A DNA stretch of 64,000 nt, from the NCBI GenBank assembly GCA_963815215.1, contig CAWFFU010000014.1, positions 1-64,000 of the forward strand, in the 5' to 3' direction. The position numbers and the translations under genes are program-made. Below the pieces are notes generated by a model. That model searched no databases, had not been told where the DNA came from, and worked only from the letters and a program-made list of their open reading frames with translations. Positions 27,082-35,374 of the stretch are shown here, piece after piece (position 1 is the stretch's first letter; each line of letters starts with the position of its first letter). This stretch comes from an uncultured Trueperaceae bacterium. GTDB lineage: Bacteria > Deinococcota > Deinococci > Deinococcales > Trueperaceae.

Positions 27082-29010
27082 GTGACCCAGCACGCCGGCG
27101 CGGAGGGGGGATCCCCCCCTCCGCGCCACCTCTACCAGCGCATCGAGGACGTCGTCGTCGCCATCGTGCGGGCCGTGGTGGTGGGGCTCCTCGTCGGCAT
27201 CGTGTTCGCCATCTCCTGGCAGGTGCTCACCCGCTACGTCCCGGGTCTGCCGGTGCCGCGCTGGACCGAGGAGGTCAGCCTCATCCTGATGGTGTGGCTC
27301 GCCATGGTCGGCAGCGCACTGGCCGTGCGCACCGGCGAGCATCTGGCCATGGACATCCTCCACCGGCAGGTCGACCCGCGCCTGCGAGCCCCCCTGGTGC
27401 GGCTGGTGTGGCTGCTCGCCGCCGCCTTCGGCGCCTACCTGGTCTGGTACGGCTGGGAGCTGTCGATGCGCACCATGATGCAGACCTTCTCGGCCACCAA
27501 GTGGCCGATCGGCTGGATGTACCTCGGCATCCCGGTCGGCGGCGTGCTGATGCTGTTCTTCTCGGCGAAGAACATCCTGCTGCCACCGCGGTCGTCCTAC
27601 GACGAGGCGGAGGAGCGCACCACCGGCCGCAACCCGTTCGTCCGGATGGTGTTCCTCGTCATCTTGGTGGCACTGGTGGTCGGCGTGGTCGCCCTGTTCG
27701 GCGTCGACAGGCTCTTCGGCCCCATCGGGGCGCTGCTCGGCACCTTCGGCGTGCTGCTGGTGCTGGGCGTGCCGATCGCGTTCGGGCTGGGGATCGCCAG
27801 CCTGGTGACGGTGCTGTTGCTCGGCATCCCGCCGTTGATCGTCGCGCAACGCATGGCGAACGGCGTCAACTCGACGCCGTTGCTGGCCATCCCCTTCTTC
27901 ATCATGGCGGGACAGCTCATGGCCGAGGGCGGCATCGCCGCCCGCCTGGTCGACTTCGCGCGGGTCCTGGTAGGCCCCATCCGGGGTGGGCTGGCGATGG
28001 TCAACGTGGTCGCTTCGATGCTGTTCGGCGGGGCGTCCGGCTCGGCGGTGGGGGACGTCAGCGCCAACGGCTCGATCCTCATCCCCATGATGAAGCAGAA
28101 GGGCTACGACACCGACTTCGCGGTCGGCATCACGGTCGCCAGCTCCACCCAGGGCCTCATCATCCCGCCCAGCCACAATGCCGTGATCTACTCGCTGGCG
28201 GCCGGCGGCGTGTCGATCGGCGCGCTCTTCCTGGGCGGCTACATCCCGGGCATCATGATCGGCCTGGGGCTGATGGTGGCGAGCTATCTGATCGCGCTGC
28301 GGCGCGGCTACCCCTCCGAGCCGAGGCCGCCGCTGAGGCAGAGCGCGCGCATCTCGCTCGAGGCCATCCCCGCACTCGGCGTGGGCTTCATCATCGTCGG
28401 AGGCATCGCCTTCGGCTTCTTCACCGCCACCGAGGCCGCCGCCATCGGCACCGTCACCGCCTTCCTGGTGGGCGCCTTCGTGTACCGCGAGCTCACCCCC
28501 GGCAAGCTGTGGGGTGCGCTGCTGCAGTCGGTGCGGACCATCTCGATCGTCATCTTCCTGATCTCCACCGCCAGCGCCTTCGCCTGGCTCATGGCCTACC
28601 TGCGCATCCCGGCGCTGCTGGCATCCGGGCTGCTGTCGCTGACGCACGACCGGATCCTGCTGCTGCTGTTCATCAACATCCTGCTTCTGCTGCTGGGCGC
28701 GATCATGGACATGGCGCCACTCATCCTGATCCTCACGCCGGTGCTGCTGCCCATCGTCACGGCGCCTCCCATCAACATGAACCCGGTGCACTTCGGGATC
28801 GTGCTGCTCATGAACCTCGGCCTGGGGCTCACCACGCCGCCGGTCGGCACGGCGCTGTTCGTGGGGTGCGCCATCGGCAACATCCGCATCGAGCGCGCCA
28901 GCCGGGCGATGCTCTACCTGTGGCCGGCCATGGTCATCGTGCTGCTGTTGGTCACCTACGTGCCCTGGTTCGTCAACTTCCTGCCCGACCTTCTGCACGT
29001 CCTCCGGTGA
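27082..29010 (+). CDS. dctM: TRAP transporter fused small+large permease (DctQ-DctM)
   Basis: N-terminal QVLTRY...WTEE...GEHL..D (DctQ), then LLAIPFFI.AG, SGSAVGD, IIPPS, TATEA, TPPVG (DctM). Confidence 0.9.
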   Translation: MTQHAGAEGGSPPPRHLYQRIEDVVVAIVRAVVVGLLVGIVFAISWQVLTRYVPGLPVPRWTEEVSLILMVWLAMVGSALAVRTGEHLAMDILHRQVDPRLRAPLVRLVWLLAAAFGAYLVWYGWELSMRTMMQTFSATKWPIGWMYLGIPVGGVLMLFFSAKNILLPPRSSYDEAEERTTGRNPFVRMVFLVILVALVVGVVALFGVDRLFGPIGALLGTFGVLLVLGVPIAFGLGIASLVTVLLLGIPPLIVAQRMANGVNSTPLLAIPFFIMAGQLMAEGGIAARLVDFARVLVGPIRGGLAMVNVVASMLFGGASGSAVGDVSANGSILIPMMKQKGYDTDFAVGITVASSTQGLIIPPSHNAVIYSLAAGGVSIGALFLGGYIPGIMIGLGLMVASYLIALRRGYPSEPRPPLRQSARISLEAIPALGVGFIIVGGIAFGFFTATEAAAIGTVTAFLVGAFVYRELTPGKLWGALLQSVRTISIVIFLISTASAFAWLMAYLRIPALLASGLLSLTHDRILLLLFINILLLLLGAIMDMAPLILILTPVLLPIVTAPPINMNPVHFGIVLLMNLGLGLTTPPVGTALFVGCAIGNIRIERASRAMLYLWPAMVIVLLLVTYVPWFVNFLPDLLHVLR

Positions 29011-29314
29011 CGGTGGGGTGGGCGCGCTACGCAACCGGTGGCGGTACGACCATGGACGTTCCAGACGCAGCGGGGTAGACTTGAATCCTGGACACGCGAC
29101 CAGTGGGTGGGCGGAACGGAAGCCGCATGCGGCGTCTTCCGGGGGAGCCTTCGATGAGGGCTCGACGTCCTGCCCATAGCGGTCGGCTCCGGCGGCCGGA
29201 GCACGCGGCCTCGCCGGAGGAAGCAGGTCGGCGCGTAACGCGTTGCCGTCAGACGAAGCCATGACGGAGGGGTGCTACGTTGACGCCGGCTTCACATGAA
29301 GGGAAAGGGGAACC

Positions 29315-30613
29315 ATGAAGCGTATCGTCATCCTGTTCTCGTTGCTTGCCTTGCTCGGCAGCACCGCGCTGGCGCAGACGAAGATCGATTTCTTCGAAGC
29401 GTTCAGCACGGAGCGGCTGCAGTGGATCAAGGACCGCGCAGCCGAGTGGAACAAGCAGAACCCGAACTACGAGATCGTGGTCACGCCCAAGGCGTCCTAC
29501 CGCGAGGTCCTCAACGCCGCCGTGCTGGGCGCCCGCCAGGGCAACCCGCCGGCGCTGGTGCAGCTCTTCGAGGTCGGCAGCCAGCAGGCCAAGGACTCGG
29601 GGCTGTTCATCCCGGTCGGCCAGATCCCCGGCAGCTTCGACACCAGCGACTACATCAAGCCGGTGCTCGACTACTACACCATCGACGGCACGGTGAACTC
29701 CATCCCGTTCAACTCTTCGAACGCCGTGATGTTCGTCAACAAAGCCATGATGCAGAAGGCGGGCCTCGATCCCAACAACCCGCCCAAGACCTACACCGAC
29801 GTGCTCAACGACTGCGCCGCGCTGCGCGCCGCCGGTGACACCAAGGACAGCTGCATCACCTTCGCCCTGCACAGCTGGTTCTACGAGCAGTGGATGGCCG
29901 AGCAGAACGCGCCCCTGGTCAACAACGACAACGGCCGCAGCGGCCGCGCGACCCAGGTGCTGCTGACGAGCCAGCCCTCGCTGAACATCGTCAACTGGAT
30001 CAAGGAACTCAACGACAAGGGCTACTACACCTACACCGGCAAGCTCGAAGACTGGAACGGCAGCGAGGCCATCTTCACGCAGGGCCAGGCCATGTTCCAC
30101 ATCGACTCGACCTCCGAGGTGAACGCCATCACCAAGGCCGGCAAGGACGGCGGCTGGGGCGCCGCCACCGCCGAGCTGCCCATCGCCGACAATGCGCCCC
30201 GTGAGGGCGTCGTCATCGGCGGCGCTTCGCTGTGGATCGCCAAGGGCGTGCCGCAGGACGTGCAGCAGGCCGCCCGCGACTTCGCGCTGTTCATGACCAA
30301 CACCCAGAACATGATCAGCTGGCACAAGCTCACCGGCTACTTCCCGGTGCGCATCAGCTCGGTCAACCAGCTCGACAAGGAAGGCTGGTTCCGCGACAAC
30401 CCCAACTACGCCGTCGCGTTCAAGCAGCTCCTGAACACCAAGGCCTCGCCCGCCACGGCCGGCGCCCTGATGGGCCCGTTCCCGCAGGTGCGGACCATCA
30501 TCGAGGAGGGCATCCAGAAGGTCCTCAACGGTGCCTCGGTCGATTCCGCCATGGGTCAGGCGGAGAAGCTGGCCAACCAGGCGCTTCAGCAGTACAACAG
30601 CAACTTCCAGTAA
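29315..30613 (+). CDS. ABC substrate-binding protein (UgpB-like, CUT1)
   Basis: Signal peptide, P.LVQLFEVG, SIPFNSS..VMF.N...KAGLDP, GGASLW, WH..TGYFP. Confidence 0.82.
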   Translation: MKRIVILFSLLALLGSTALAQTKIDFFEAFSTERLQWIKDRAAEWNKQNPNYEIVVTPKASYREVLNAAVLGARQGNPPALVQLFEVGSQQAKDSGLFIPVGQIPGSFDTSDYIKPVLDYYTIDGTVNSIPFNSSNAVMFVNKAMMQKAGLDPNNPPKTYTDVLNDCAALRAAGDTKDSCITFALHSWFYEQWMAEQNAPLVNNDNGRSGRATQVLLTSQPSLNIVNWIKELNDKGYYTYTGKLEDWNGSEAIFTQGQAMFHIDSTSEVNAITKAGKDGGWGAATAELPIADNAPREGVVIGGASLWIAKGVPQDVQQAARDFALFMTNTQNMISWHKLTGYFPVRISSVNQLDKEGWFRDNPNYAVAFKQLLNTKASPATAGALMGPFPQVRTIIEEGIQKVLNGASVDSAMGQAEKLANQALQQYNSNFQ

Positions 30614-30621
30614 TGGCTTCG

Positions 30622-30653
30622 GAGCCGGCGGCGGGTCTTCCCGCCGCCGGCTC
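30622..30653 (+). other. Intercistronic stem-loop after the SBP gene
   Basis: Perfect 14-bp stem GAGCCGGCGGCGGG-TCTT-CCCGCCGCCGGCTC. Confidence 0.65.
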
Positions 30654-30711
30654 TCCCTGACGTCCACGAGCGGCGCCGGCCCGTACCCCGGCGGCGTCGC
30701 AGGAGCCCAGA

Positions 30712-31650
30712 ATGAACGAGGGAACCCCCGTATTTAAGAGCCGGATGGCGGGCTGGCTGCTGCTGCTGCCCACGCTCATCATCCTGGTGATCTTCCTGTA
30801 CTACCCCGCCGTCCAGTCGTTCGTCCTCAGCATGTACCGCAGCAACCTGATCCTGGGGACGCGCCGTTTCATCGGCCTGGAGAACTTCCGGCAGCTCTTC
30901 ACCGGCCTGCTGGCGCCCGGGTACCGCCAGGTCGTGCTGCAGAGCATGGTGTTCAGCGCCTCGGTGGTGATCCTGGGACTCGCCATCAGCCTGGCGTTCG
31001 CGATGCTCGCCAACCAGAAGGTGACGGGCTCGCGCTTCTACCGCCTGCTGCTGATCTGGCCGTTCGCGCTGTCGCCCGCCATCGCCGGCACTATCTTCTC
31101 GTTCCTGTTCAACCCGCAGGTAGGCGAGGTCAACCAGATCCTGTCGCGCCTGTTCGGCATCGCACCGCGCTGGCTGGACAACCCCCTGCTGGCGTTCGGA
31201 CTGGTGGTCGGGGCGGCGATCTGGAAGGAACTCGGCTACAACGTTGTGTTCTATCTGGCGGCGTTGCAGAACATCCCGGGGGAGCTGTCGGAGGCGGCTG
31301 CCATCGACGGCGCCAACGCCTGGCAGCGCTTCCGAGCGGTGACGCTGCCGCTGCTGTCGCCGATGACCTTCTTCCTGGTGTTCACCAACCTGGCCTACGC
31401 CTTCTTCGAGGTCTTCGGCCTCATCGACATCCTCACGAAGGGCGGCCCCGTGGGTCCGAGCGCGCTCAATCTGGACAACGCGGGTCTGACGACGACCATG
31501 ATCTACCGCCTGTATCAGGACGGCTTCGGCGGCAACGGCAGCCTAGGCTTCGCCGGTGCGCAGGGTGTGATCCTGCTGCTGCTGGTGGCCGTCATCACCG
31601 TGTTGCAGTTCCGCTACGGCGGGCGCAACGTTCACTATGGAGGGGGCTGA
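30712..31650 (+). CDS. ABC permease (UgpA-like)
   Basis: FIGLENF, W...GYN...YLAALQ.IP..L.EAA.IDGA (EAA loop), LLSP.TFF. Confidence 0.88.
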   Translation: MNEGTPVFKSRMAGWLLLLPTLIILVIFLYYPAVQSFVLSMYRSNLILGTRRFIGLENFRQLFTGLLAPGYRQVVLQSMVFSASVVILGLAISLAFAMLANQKVTGSRFYRLLLIWPFALSPAIAGTIFSFLFNPQVGEVNQILSRLFGIAPRWLDNPLLAFGLVVGAAIWKELGYNVVFYLAALQNIPGELSEAAAIDGANAWQRFRAVTLPLLSPMTFFLVFTNLAYAFFEVFGLIDILTKGGPVGPSALNLDNAGLTTTMIYRLYQDGFGGNGSLGFAGAQGVILLLLVAVITVLQFRYGGRNVHYGGG

Positions 31651-31651
31651 G

Positions 31652-32578
31652 ATGGCGGCTCGCACAGTGAACGCCGGGGCCTCCGCGGGCAACGGACGGC
31701 GTCGGCGGACCCGTTGGCTCATCCATATCCTGCTGATCCTGAGCTGTCTGATCGTCACCGGGCCGATCCTCTTCGCCTTCATCAAGGCGACGCAGACGAC
31801 GGCGCAGGTGCTGTCGCCGAGCATGATCCCCGGCGGCGAGCTGTGGCACAACGTCAAGACGGCCTGGGTGACCGCCGATCTCGGCGTCTACATGCGCAAC
31901 TCGCTGATCATCGCCTTCGCCGTGACGCTGGGCAAGACGATCCTGTCGCTGATGGCGGGCATGGCGCTGGTGTACTTCCGGATCCCGTTCAAGCCCATCG
32001 TCTTCGGCTTCATCCTGCTGACGCTGATGATGCCCACGCAGGTGCTCATCGTGGGGCTGTTCGACCTGGTGTCGAAGCAGGCGCCGCCGACGTGGGTGGC
32101 GCTGCTCTCCTGGATCGCGCACCCGCTGGCGCCCACGGCCTACGGCTTCAATTGGTCGAACTCCTACTGGGCCATCATCGTGCCGTTCCTGGCCTCCGCG
32201 ACCGGGGTGTTCCTGTTCCGGCAGCACTTCATGTCGATCCCGGTGAGCCTGGCCGACGCCGCCAAGATCGACGGCGCCGGCCCCATGCGCTTCCTGTTGA
32301 GCATCCTGGTGCCGATGAGCACCAACACCATCGGCGCGCTGGCCGTGATCCAGTTCGTCTACGTCTGGAACCAGTACCTGTGGCCGCTGGTCATCATCCG
32401 GCGCGCCGATCGGCAGGTGGTCCAGGTGGGCCTCAACCTGATCATCAGCACCGGGCAGGACACGGAGTGGGGGCTGGTGATGGCAGGTGCCATCCTGGCG
32501 CTCATCCCACCGCTGATCGTGTTCATGCTGCTGCAGGAGCAGTTCATGCGCGGGTTCGCGCTCTCCGCCGAGAAGTAG
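31652..32578 (+). CDS. ABC permease (UgpE-like)
   Basis: SATGVFLFRQ.F..IP..L.DAAKIDGAGP.RF, WNQYLWPL. Confidence 0.88.
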   Translation: MAARTVNAGASAGNGRRRRTRWLIHILLILSCLIVTGPILFAFIKATQTTAQVLSPSMIPGGELWHNVKTAWVTADLGVYMRNSLIIAFAVTLGKTILSLMAGMALVYFRIPFKPIVFGFILLTLMMPTQVLIVGLFDLVSKQAPPTWVALLSWIAHPLAPTAYGFNWSNSYWAIIVPFLASATGVFLFRQHFMSIPVSLADAAKIDGAGPMRFLLSILVPMSTNTIGALAVIQFVYVWNQYLWPLVIIRRADRQVVQVGLNLIISTGQDTEWGLVMAGAILALIPPLIVFMLLQEQFMRGFALSAEK

Positions 32579-32606
32579 TGCGGGGCGCCGGCGGCGGCGG
32601 AGGAGG

Positions 32607-33635
32607 CTAGCCCGCCTCGCTCGACTGCGCCCAGATGTTGATGCCGGCGTCGGTGGCGTGGCGGTCGATGTCGGCGAGCTCGTCCTCGCTGAATCCCAGG
32701 CGGTCGAGCGCCGCGACGTTCTCCTCGAGCTGACGGACGCTGCTGGCGCCGATCAGCACCGAGGTCACGCGCGGGTCGCGCAGCACCCAGGCGAGCGCCA
32801 TCTGCGCCAGCGTCTGGCCGCGGCGCTCGGCGATGTCGTTGAGCGCGCGGACCTTGTGGAGGTTCTCCTCGCGCAGGAAGTCCTGCTTGAAGCTGTCGGC
32901 GCGCGTGACGCGGGCATCGTCGGGCACACCGCCGAGGTACTTGTCGGTGAGCAGACCCTGTGCCAGCGGCGAGAACGCGATGCAGCCCACCCCCTCGTCC
33001 TCCAGCACCGGCAGCAGCTCGGGCTCGACCCAGCGGTTGAGCATCGAGTAGGACGGCTGATGGATCAGGCAGGGGACACCCATCTCCCGCAGTATGCCGA
33101 CCGCCTCGCGCGTCTTGGCCGCCGAGTACGACGAGATCCCGGCGTAGAGCGCCTTGCCCTGATGCACGGCCGACGCCAGCGCCCCCATGGTCTCCTCGAG
33201 GGGGGTGTTGGGGTCGAAGCGGTGCGAGTAGAAGATGTCGACGTAGTCGAGCCCCATGCGGTCCAGGCTCTGGTCGAGGCTGGCGCTGAGGTACTTGCGG
33301 GATCCCCACTCGCCGTAGGGGCCGGGCCACATCAGGTACCCCGCCTTGGTGGAGATGACGAGCTCGTCCCGGTAGGGCGCGAAGTCCTCGGCCAGGAAGC
33401 GCCCGAAGTGGGTCTCCGCGCTGCCCGGAGGGGGGCCGTAGTTGTTCGCCAGGTCGAAGTGCGTGATGCCCAGGTCGAAGGCGCGGCGCAGGATGGCGCG
33501 CTGGGTCTCGATGGACCGGTCCTCGCCGAAGTTGTGCCACAGTCCGAGGGACACCGCCGGGAGGCGGAGGCCGCTGCGGCCGGTCGGCCGGTACTGCATC
33601 TGCTGGTAGCGATCGGGAGCGGGACGGTAGTCCAC
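32607..33635 (-). CDS. Aldo-keto reductase (L-glyceraldehyde-3-phosphate/methylglyoxal reductase, YghZ/Gpr-like)
   Basis: SLGLWHNFG, THFDLANNYGPPPGSAE, ISTKAGY.MWPGPYGEWGSRKY, LIHQPSYSMLNRW; AGGAGG RBS before GTG. Confidence 0.9.
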   Translation of the reverse strand: MDYRPAPDRYQQMQYRPTGRSGLRLPAVSLGLWHNFGEDRSIETQRAILRRAFDLGITHFDLANNYGPPPGSAETHFGRFLAEDFAPYRDELVISTKAGYLMWPGPYGEWGSRKYLSASLDQSLDRMGLDYVDIFYSHRFDPNTPLEETMGALASAVHQGKALYAGISSYSAAKTREAVGILREMGVPCLIHQPSYSMLNRWVEPELLPVLEDEGVGCIAFSPLAQGLLTDKYLGGVPDDARVTRADSFKQDFLREENLHKVRALNDIAERRGQTLAQMALAWVLRDPRVTSVLIGASSVRQLEENVAALDRLGFSEDELADIDRHATDAGINIWAQSSEAG

Positions 33636-33771
33636 GGGTGCCTCCTAGGGCGCCTTCACGGCGAGTGCCCTCACGGCCGCTCGGGCCGGGGCTCGGCGCC
33701 GGCATTGTACGCCGGGATGGGACGGGCTCCCGTCGGCCGGGGCGCGGTCCGGCGCGGGCCAGGGAGGGTAA

Positions 33772-33949
33772 GGGGTGTTCTCGGGGGCTGTAGCCGGAAG
33801 GCAAATCTGGCTTTCGGATCCCGCCGGTCGGTCGGCGCGAGCAGGCTCGCCGACGGCCGGTGGGCGGTCGGCGCCCTTCGGAGCGGGCGGGCGTCTCTTC
33901 GAGCGGAAGCCAGGCTTGACATTCAGGGGAGGGGTCCGGGGAACCCCCC
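33772..33949. other. ~180-bp element bounded by long imperfect inverted repeats (MITE-like repeat or structured ncRNA)
   Basis: 33772-33813 is partly complementary to 33907-33949. Internal hairpin at ~33821-33864. No credible ORF. Confidence 0.4.
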
Positions 33950-34096
33950 CGCATCGAGCGGTCCCCATCGAGTGGTCCCCCGTCGAGCGTCCCCGTACCG
34001 AGGAGCGGGCGCCGCCTAATTGGCGACGCCCGCTCGAGGGGTCGTGCTGGAGCCGGTGGGCAGCGCCCCTAGTGGAGCGCCCCTAGTGCGGCGTCC

Positions 34097-35374
34097 CTAG
34101 TGGGTGGTGCCGCCCGCGGTCCCGCCGGACGGACCCGCCGGCGGCGCCGTCAGGCGCTGGAGGCCGCCGCCGGCCCCTGACGCTCCGGAGCTGCTCGCCG
34201 CCGGCTTGGCGATGAAGTCGGCCGGCTTCTTGCCGACCACGTCGCCAAGGCTCGAGCCCGAGATGCGCACGACGTAGGGCGAACCGGAGACGCGGACCGG
34301 GTAGAAGCCGGCCTTGTCCTTTGCCCCCACCGTGATCGTGGTGGTGGTCGCGGCAGCCGCGGCGGCCGGTTTCGCCGCCGGCTTGGAGGGTGCGCTCGTG
34401 CCGGTCGAGCTCGTGCTTGTCGAGCCCGTGCCGGTCGAGCCGGTGCTTGTCGAGTTCGTGCCCGTCGCGCTCGTGCCGGTCGAACCCTTGCCGGTCGAAC
34501 CCTTGCCGGTCGAACTCGCCGCGGATCCGCTCGACGCCGCCGGCTTCGCAGGTTTCACGGTCGTCAGGGTGACCACCGCCAGCGGCTTGTCGAAGCCGTA
34601 CGCGGGCTTGACGGTCTTGCCCAGCGGCTCGTCGAGTTGCAGGCGCGTGAGGCTACCGGCCAGCGTGCTCACGGCGTGAGTGTCGAGCTGCTTGCCGCCC
34701 GCAAGGCCCTGCATCGACCAGCTGCCGGCGGCGTGCGTGAATACCAGGTCTCCGCTGGCGTTGCGGATCTCCATGCGTGTGAGGTTGGCCGGGTCGAGGT
34801 TCAGCACCGAGGTGTCGACGTAGCCCGCTGCGTCGGTGCGCGCGTCGCTGGCATGCAGCGCATGCGTGACGTACACGCCTTTGCCGCTGGCGAGGCGGAT
34901 GTGGGTGCTGCCGTAGCTCGGTTCGGAGCCGATGAGCAGGGTCTCGCTGCCGCCGCCCTTGAGCGTCAGCGCGACCTTCTTCTGGAAGGTGTCCTTGGTC
35001 ACTTTCAGGCGCTTGTAGGCGCTGGCGGTGGTGGCCACCAGGCCGCTGCGCTGGAGCCCCACGAGCTGTTGCAGGAAGTTCGTCACGCGCGCGCTCTGCG
35101 CCGGGAAGCCGCCCAGATCGGGCAGCACCCACTGGGTGCCGTCGCGCTTGAGCGTGACACTGCTACCGTCCGAGCCGGTCACCGTGAAGGCGGTGATGGC
35201 CGCGGTCGTGACGTCCTTGCCGAGCAGCGGACCGGTGTTGGTCCTGGGCGGCCGCGCCACAGTGAGCAGCACCAGCGCCAGCAGCCCGAGCTGCACCAGC
35301 GCCATGACGGCCAGCCCCAGGTTGCCGCGGCGGGTGGTGGCGGGTGCGCGCAGGGTCCGTTCGGCGGCGCTCAC
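34097..35374 (-). CDS. DUF4340-like membrane-anchored protein with a Ser/Thr/Gly-rich insertion
   Basis: N-terminal TM helix; two repeats of the 'L.R....W......A....V..L..L....GF..P' architecture; GTGA overlap with the GldG-like gene. Confidence 0.7.
   Translation of the reverse strand: MSAAERTLRAPATTRRGNLGLAVMALVQLGLLALVLLTVARPPRTNTGPLLGKDVTTAAITAFTVTGSDGSSVTLKRDGTQWVLPDLGGFPAQSARVTNFLQQLVGLQRSGLVATTASAYKRLKVTKDTFQKKVALTLKGGGSETLLIGSEPSYGSTHIRLASGKGVYVTHALHASDARTDAAGYVDTSVLNLDPANLTRMEIRNASGDLVFTHAAGSWSMQGLAGGKQLDTHAVSTLAGSLTRLQLDEPLGKTVKPAYGFDKPLAVVTLTTVKPAKPAASSGSAASSTGKGSTGKGSTGTSATGTNSTSTGSTGTGSTSTSSTGTSAPSKPAAKPAAAAAATTTTITVGAKDKAGFYPVRVSGSPYVVRISGSSLGDVVGKKPADFIAKPAASSSGASGAGGGLQRLTAPPAGPSGGTAGGTTH

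Noticed and set aside
29205..29240. SRP RNA-like CCGGAGGAAGCAG
   Set aside because: Lacks the conserved CAGG strand and the GNRA-capped helix 8 geometry.
33783..33820. tmRNA 5' end (GGGGCTG) or c-di-GMP-I riboswitch (GGCAAA)
   Set aside because: No TTCGAC or tRNA-like 3' end, and no GACGCAAAG/CTAA elements. Kept only as an unclassified structured element.
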